Origin: Octopus vulgaris | Taxonomy: Eukaryota | Length of the DNA: 64,000 nucleotides | NCBI GenBank assembly: GCA_951406725.2 | Contig: OX597819.1 | Location: 106,578,001 to 106,642,000 of the forward strand | Direction of reading: 5' to 3' | Shown: positions 57,119 to 64,000 of the stretch, piece by piece | How the letters are laid out: each line of letters starts with the position of its first letter | Position numbering within the stretch: position 1 is the stretch's first letter | Notes under the pieces: model-generated | Databases searched by the model: none | What the model saw: only the letters and a program-made list of their open reading frames with translations | What the model was told of the DNA's origin: nothing | Program-made: the position numbers and the translations under genes

Positions 57119-57147
<29 letters not shown>

Positions 57148-57149
<2 letters not shown>

Positions 57150-57259
57150 AGGTCCCGGGTTGATTCGGGGTTAACCACAGTAAATACTTCAGAGCTTCCT
57201 GAAGATTTCTCTTGAAGGAAACAGTTCTAGTCCTGTAGAAGCTCCTTCTATATAATAAA

Positions 57260-57263
<4 letters not shown>
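57148..57263. mobile_element. Short inverted-junction copy of the 12159 Penelope-like terminus, in (TA)n
   Basis: 57148-57186 matches 12159-12197 in the same orientation. The remainder matches the reverse complement of ~12226-12295. Confidence 0.8.
57192..57244 (+). ncRNA. Type I hammerhead ribozyme (compact family), cleavage after GUA at 57237
   Basis: GAGCTTC-CTGAAGA-TTTC tctt GAAG-GAAA-CAG ttctagtc CTG-TA^-GAAGCTC. All three stems pair. Confidence 0.85.
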
Positions 57264-57303
<40 letters not shown>

Positions 57304-57306
<3 letters not shown>

Positions 57307-57401
57307 ATAAATCTTATGTTGATATGTATAAATATGTACTTATCTGTAAACACACACACACACACATATATATACTTATATATACACACACACACACACA
57401 C

Positions 57402-57442
<41 letters not shown>

Positions 57443-57498
57443 TGTGTGTGTGTTTACAGATAAGTACATATTTATACATATCCACATACGATTTATAT
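57304..57498. repeat. ~50-bp inverted arms around a CA/TA/TG microsatellite
   Basis: ATATGTATAAATATGTACTTATCTGTAAACAC pairs with GTGTTTACAGATAAGTACATATTTATACATAT. Confidence 0.8.
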
Positions 57499-59249
57499 AA
57501 CATGTAATATACATTCATTAGTATATTAAAAATAACAATAATAGAAAGAATATTAATAATCCTAATAATTATATATATATATATATATATAACTACACAT
57601 TTGCGGACAGACGGATTGGATGCTGTAGCTCATTGACAGTTAAAAGCTATAAACACAAGGTGTGTTTTCAATTACATATGCTTGTTTATATATGGATTTG
57701 TGTATGTGCGGATATGTCTGCGTACATGTGTGTGCATGTGTAATATTTGCGTGAATAAGCTTGCAAAAATAAATAAAAGAAAGGTGAATACGCTATATAG
57801 ATGTATCAGATGATGCACCTTGGAAAACTGCCACTATTTTCTGACCACCACTCAGCTGGCGATTACGAAACATGGAAGTAAAAATTCGGAGGGCCGTAAT
57901 CATACAGCTAATATATATCACTATCATAATGATCACGCTAGTAGTAAGAGAGTAATAGAGCAATATAATCTAGATTTAAACAATAAGAAATGTTTTGGTT
58001 GATATATATTAGAGTTCATTTAAGTGTATACTAATAGAAGGGGAATAAGATGAGTGTGAGTGTGTTAATATTTTTCTTACGCATAGTGATACTAATAAAC
58101 TAGTGTTAGAACTCAACGTACATATGCTTTTGAAAAGAAACGTCTAGTCGAGTAAAGAGCGGAAGGAAAACTTAAATAAATGACAAATGAATAGCAATTT
58201 ATGTGTTGATGTGTTTGTAAAATATTTTCTGCAAAGACACAACCAGTCCTACACATGCATACTTATACATACAGTCAAACAGAGAGCGAGAGATCCAGAC
58301 AGAGAAAAATACATACACAACACACTCACATACACACACATACCTCTGTATACATATATGTGTGTGTGTGCGCGTGTTGTCGTGCGTGTGTGTGCGCGTG
58401 TGTGTGCGCGTGTGTGTGTGCATGTATGTATTTACATATGCTTGTCAGAATTATCTTCAAATAGGGACACTTCAATTGTTTTCGTTACTGTAATGAGTTT
58501 CTTATAAATAATAGCTTTATCATTGATTTGTAATTCCCCATATGTAAACAGTTTCTTCGTGTATAAACATAGGTCAAGAAATGACTTGAATGATCCAGCT
58601 GTAAAATTAAGCACGTCAGAACATATGTCCTGATCTATTTCAGCTTCTTAAATCATAGATAGCACAAGATCCATAATAGAATATCGATTGCGGTAACAAA
58701 ATTTTAAAACATTTTGGAAATTCTGCTAGTCATTTCAACTCCAGAAATATTACCATTAATAATACATTTTACAATAGCATAAAGCCTGAAATTCTGTGGG
58801 AGGCTGCAAGTCAAGTGCTTTCAAGACAGAACTTGATTGGTACTTATTTTATGGATCCCGACAATGAATGGTAAAGTCAACTTTGAGACTCAGAAAATAA
58901 AGCATGAAGAAACGCCACTGAGCATTTTGTGTGGCGTACTAACTAGTATAACAGGTCGCTGCACTATTACCATTAATAAAAATAGTATCTTCACCGACTT
59001 GTCTCATCACATGCATAATTGCTCCTTAACATTAATTGTCTGACGGAATTTATACTATACTAGCGGGATCCGCGAATATTTAACGGAATTAATGGTAAAT
59101 TTATTGGTTTATTTCTGAAAACTGTATCCAAAAATTCTGAAAATATAGCCTGTGTTATATCTGTATCAGAAAATAGTCGCTCATCTGCTAATTATTGAAA
59201 AGTGAAGGGAATTGGAATACGATGATTACTTAATATATATATATATATT

Positions 59250-59660
59250 GGCGCAGGAGTGGCTGTATGGTAAGTAGCTTGCTAACCAACCACATGGTTC
59301 CGGGTTTAGTCCTACTGCGTGGTACCTTGGACGAGTGTCTTCTGCTAAAGCTTCGGGCCGACCAAAGCCTTGTGAGTGGATTTAACAGATGGAAACTGAA
59401 AGAGGCCGGTCGTATATATATATATATATATATGTTTGTGTGTGTGTGGGGGGTGTTTGTCTCCCCACCATCACTTGATAACCGATGCTGGTGTGTTTAT
59501 GTCCCCGTAACTTAGCGGGTCGGCAAAAAAGACCGATATAACAAGTACTAGGCTTCCAAAAATAAGTCTAGGGGTCGATTTGCTCGGCTAAAGGCGGTGC
59601 TCTAGCATGGTCACAGTCACATGACGCAAACAAGTAAAAGAAGAAAAGAAGAAGAAAGAA
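59250..59660 (+). mobile_element. tRNA-derived SINE, family A (full length)
   Basis: GGCGCAGGAGTGGCTGTATGGTAAG head, internal TA tract, and AAGGCGGTGCTCTAGCATGG...AAACAAGTAAAAGAAG tail. Confidence 0.87.
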
Positions 59661-61421
59661 AAGATTATATACCCAATATACCTTATGCTCTCTTTTATAG
59701 ACTTAATAAACAACACTCTCCCTCTTACTCTCACAACCTTCGCCTTACCCTCTTTTTCTCTCTCCTTTTTCTTTCGCTCTTTGCCTTTCTTTTCAATTAC
59801 GCGAAAGCGTAACAGACGGGCTAAGTAACGGAGGAAAAACTTAGTACAAAATAACATTATCCATTTCACTCATCAACACCTCTCCCTCCCCTCTCCCTAG
59901 TTAGGTTGCTGTTTCAGTGGTTGATTTCTTATTTTAATTAGATTTTTCTAAAGCGAAATATCCGCTTAATAGTACGATAATTAAATTTTTAAAATCAACG
60001 TAACTTTTCATGTCCAAATAAATGTTGGAATATTTCATAAGTACAAAACCAGTGAGTATTAGAACTGCAATTAACTGTGTTTCTAGGATGACAAGGAATG
60101 ATGTGATGTGTATAAAATATAAATTAACTGGATGTTTACAGGAGAAATCCTTGAAATACATAAAAGCCATTACATGCAACACTATATACATACATACGTA
60201 CACAAACATACAGGCGCGCGCGCACCCACATACTGATTTTTTTTCTATATATTGCTTGAAAAACGGCTGTTGATTGAAAATAGAACTCAAGACAATCAGT
60301 ATAGACTACAGTTCACAGGTTTATGGACAACAATTTCGAAGTTTCAACTTGCCGTTGTTTATTCAGACGGTTTCTGTAAACCGGTCACAATCCAACGAAA
60401 CTAAGAAGTCACTCGCAATAAAATTGTACTATGATTGTGTGTGTTTGCTTGGCTGTATGTGTCTGTGTATGCAGTTTTCATGTAGTGTTTGTTTATTTTA
60501 ATATTCGGAATAAAATGATAGGACGATTGGCAACCGATTGCAGAAAAAAGACAAAAAGAAAATCAATATGATAAAAGGTATCCAATACAATCAACTGCAA
60601 TCGAATGTCGGCTAAATGCCCGAAGCTGACCGCCATCAATAAACCAAGCAAATATTGTTGTAGACAGAACAATCAGACAACTGCAACATACATATAAGAT
60701 AAGCGATAAAGATAACATCAAAATAACCTTACTAATGGACAGCAGATAAATTACAATCCCACCTGCTTCATATGAAGAAGCAATTGAAGCCGGCTACCTA
60801 TTGGAGGTGGAGTAAGCTTACATATGGAAACGGAATATGCAGCATGAAGATGCTATGCACTCGATAAATTTAGCATATATTTCGTTTCACCGTTTGTATA
60901 GAGGTGGCTTATTAAAATGAAAAATAAATAAATGCGACAAGACTTTGTGCAATTCTCTGAGTAGAACCACCAAAATATCGCCATCTGTCTGTTAGAAATA
61001 ACAAAGAAATCTGCCTGCAGTTACACTAGTAGTCATACAAAAGGAGTAACCGAATGATGCGGTCTTGTGGGCACTGTGTCTATGAAAACAAAGCGGGAGG
61101 TCTATAAATAATAGACCTGATGGCTCACGGCTTAGCGTCTGCGACAGGTTCGATCGTAGGTCTGCCCAATCAGAATTTTTGTCATCAACAACAAAAATTT
61201 TCTTTCCTTAACAATTGTTTCAACGCTAACGGCTACTCGTGTTTTTGCTTTTAAAGGTGTTTTAAGGTATCACGTAAACTTTTTGTCTACTTATTTATTG
61301 TAGTTGTTTATGTTATTTTTTTATTTTTATGTAATGGTGATCAATTTGGTGGATATTAAGTGCGTTCTCACGTGCGTGTTTGAGTGTGTGTGTGTGTGAG
61401 AGTGAGAAAGAGAAAGAGAGT

Positions 61422-61468
<47 letters not shown>

Positions 61469-62999
61469 TTATGGCTAGATATAACATTAAAATAGATTGG
61501 TTGGTAGACAGATAGATAGACAGATATAAAGTTGAGATAGATGGAAAACTTTTATATCCCATTCCTGAGTGAATCGCAAGTCTATTATGATATAAATTTC
61601 GCTGTCAAATTGCTTTTAATGTTAACATATGTAAGGATCACTTAAGTAGACATAAACAAGAACTCAATGTTGCATATCATAATAACACCACATGATGTTC
61701 GAAATATTTTAAATGGGAAAAAAGCATTGCAATGTTTAAGATGTTCTTCCAACCACAATGTTACGGGCTCAATCCACGGTTTAGAATCTTGCGTGGGTGA
61801 TTTGTACTCTGCTATAATTTCGGGTTGATTAATGCTTTTTGAGTGGAGACTGGTACGTGGTAGCCGCGTGGAAAATAGACTATTTTCATTATTACTTTGC
61901 ATTTATTTTTCTTTTCATACTGACATAGTTAGGATGTGATTTAAGAGCAGCTATCCACTTATCGCACGTTCTTAACATCTAACACACAATAACCCTGATT
62001 GTTGTGAATGCTCTTTATTCCTAATTTCTTTGACATGAGTTTTACAGCTGCATGTCCTTCGTGCACAATGGGCTTGATCACTTCTGTTGTTTCTGGTATA
62101 TGTGCGTGTGTTTGTATTCTATGCAAATGATCAGAAGTCAAGAAATCAGTCCTTAAAATAAAAAAGAGCTACGTATTACGTCCATGTTAGGCATATATAT
62201 TCTTCACAGGCTTACCGTCACAAATCTAGTGAGTCCATAACTGGCCCATTTGAAATCTGTAACAAAATTCACTTATATATAAATAGATGGAAGTATAATT
62301 TGATATCAATTTATTTTAGGATATTTTCTTTATATTGTTATATTCGTTCCTTTAAACATCAAGATACAGATGGATATATTGCCAACTGAGAAATAATTTT
62401 AGAATGGGGAGTAAACTTGTAATGAATCCACGCTCATTAGATATGTTGTCAATGTCAATATAACATAAGACTATTTCTCAACTAGGATACTGGATGGTTC
62501 ACAGTTTCAAAAATAAAATGCCTAGGTGCTAATATCGGTGAACTTTGGTTCATTGTTTTACCTACATTTCCATTTCCTTTTCATTCATCTATGATCGATA
62601 AAATAGCACCAATGAATAGAATATATCTTGGGCTCAAATTCACAACGGTGCCTGTTTTCTCTAAAAATCTGCTGCCACATTTCCTTCAGATAACACCTAA
62701 ATCTATCAGATATTGAACAACATAGTGTATAATGCAGTCGTAGATGCAAAATGTGGATTGACTACTTCTAGATCGCCTCTCGTAAAGCTGCTCTATCCAT
62801 TTTGAGGATAAGCTATATCCTACATCCTAGCTATATCCTAGATCGACTGTGAACAGTATCACTCCAAACCGTTTCAGTCGCCAACAAACACCTGTTACTT
62901 GGCTTCTAGGTTTGCTCAATTATTGCCAAATAAATATTTCTTCCTGCTATAGGCACAAGGCGGAGAAGCAAATAGAATACATCGAAACCAGTGTCCTCA

Positions 63000-63125
63000 T
63001 GTTACTTATTTTATCAAACACGAAAGGTTGAAAGGCAAAATGTGTCGCGTCAGAATTTCAAGCCGAATAAACGTCTGGCAGCTTTTCATCCTTCACATTA
63101 GCGATTATGCCAGCTCGCTGCCAAT
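63000..63125 (-). mobile_element. Decayed SINE family B fragment
   Basis: TACTTATTTTATC...CGAAAGGTTGAAAGGCAAA...CCAGCTCGCTGCC resembles the reverse complement of the 48445 copy. Confidence 0.5.
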
Positions 63126-64000
63126 TTTCAGTGCACGTAATGTAACACAGACACAAACGTATATATATATTAGATCGTTTATATTTACCAGCGACTGAAA
63201 TAAAAAAAAAAACTATCGAAATCAACAAAGATTGCACAATCATAAAACTTTTACATGTAAACTGCATGCTAATTGGTTAAAATAAAGGCGGGATCTATGC
63301 CTGTAATATCGGTGCACTTGGCAAACCGTGACGTTTAATTTGCACGCTGATTGGTCAAAACCGTATTCGAAAAATTCAGTTTGTCGGATCCTTCTAAAAG
63401 ATATAAAAAGGAAGAAGTCAGTCATATTACTACAGTTGTCAAGACCTCAACTCGCAGTTAAATACATTTTGAAATCTGATGATTACTACAAACGTATGAA
63501 AGCGATAATTGAAGATTATGAACATTACAAAATATATTTTTAAATATTACAAAATATCATTCTAATGTTTAACACACTTCGACATTGCAAACATTGTTTG
63601 AAAACAAAAAAAAATGTGAAATCCAGACCATGTTGTAACTTTATTCAACTGATATATATGTGTTTGTGTAAGCTTGTATGTGTGTGTATGTACGTGTGTG
63701 GATGCGTTCTTGTTTGCTTGTTTGTTATTATATACATTTTCTCGTATTCTACAGACATTAATTAAAATATGGACTGTCCCTGTGATACTTTTTACAATAT
63801 ATCTGTATCAGAATATTTTTGTTAAATATCTGTAACCTTCTCATGAGTATATTGGTAGTGAAATGTCTTTTGCAAAAGTTCCCTCATGTTTGCCCGTTGC
63901 TAAGCATTGCTAAACATTTTTATATGCGTGTATGTATTCATGTACGTGTGTATGCATATGGCTATATATATATATTAGTGTGAGCGTGCGTGAGCGTGTA

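Larger units (their letters stand above)
55791..57122 (+). mobile_element. Non-coding HHR tandem array: 131-bp inverted arm plus ~2.4 direct 493-bp units, in (TA)n
   Basis: Identical short ORFs at 56140 and 56633 give a 493-bp period. 55791-55921 is the reverse complement of the unit segment beginning at the HHR cut site. Confidence 0.92.

Noticed and set aside
59055-59170. Possible Helitron end (ACTAGCGGGATCCGCG...)
   Set aside because: Too degenerate; no clear hairpin or opposite terminus.
60755-60815. PPASYEEAIEAGYLLEVE peptide resembling a terminal exon
   Set aside because: An in-frame stop lies immediately upstream and there is no compatible splice acceptor.

Overview
This is AT-rich, microsatellite-saturated eukaryotic DNA. 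The repeat content resembles a coleoid cephalopod, probably Octopus (inference from recalled SINE and repeat sequences, not a search). I found no convincing host gene exon, and most ORFs in the track are microsatellite artefacts. The window is a mosaic of transposable elements: a near full-length CR1/L2-group LINE with an unusual Myb/SANT + CCCH ORF1 and a tandemly repeated 5' UTR, R4/Dong-type RLE retrotransposons in (TAA)n, Tc1/mariner (including DD37D), piggyBac and Chapaev3-like DNA transposons, MITEs and tRNA-derived SINEs. The most notable signal is a set of non-coding elements carrying type I hammerhead ribozymes (HHRs), mostly inserted in (TA)n. The best example is a young 493-bp tandem array (55791-57122) whose inverted 5' arm ends at the predicted self-cleavage site. 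A diverged homologue at 46.5-46.9 kb shows compensatory stem changes. A separate, older ~497-bp HHR tandem, a compact HHR family, several snap-back palindromes and a Penelope GIY-YIG remnant are also present. Together these point to a Penelope-mobilised, retrozyme-like RNA system. All alignments and folds were made by eye.
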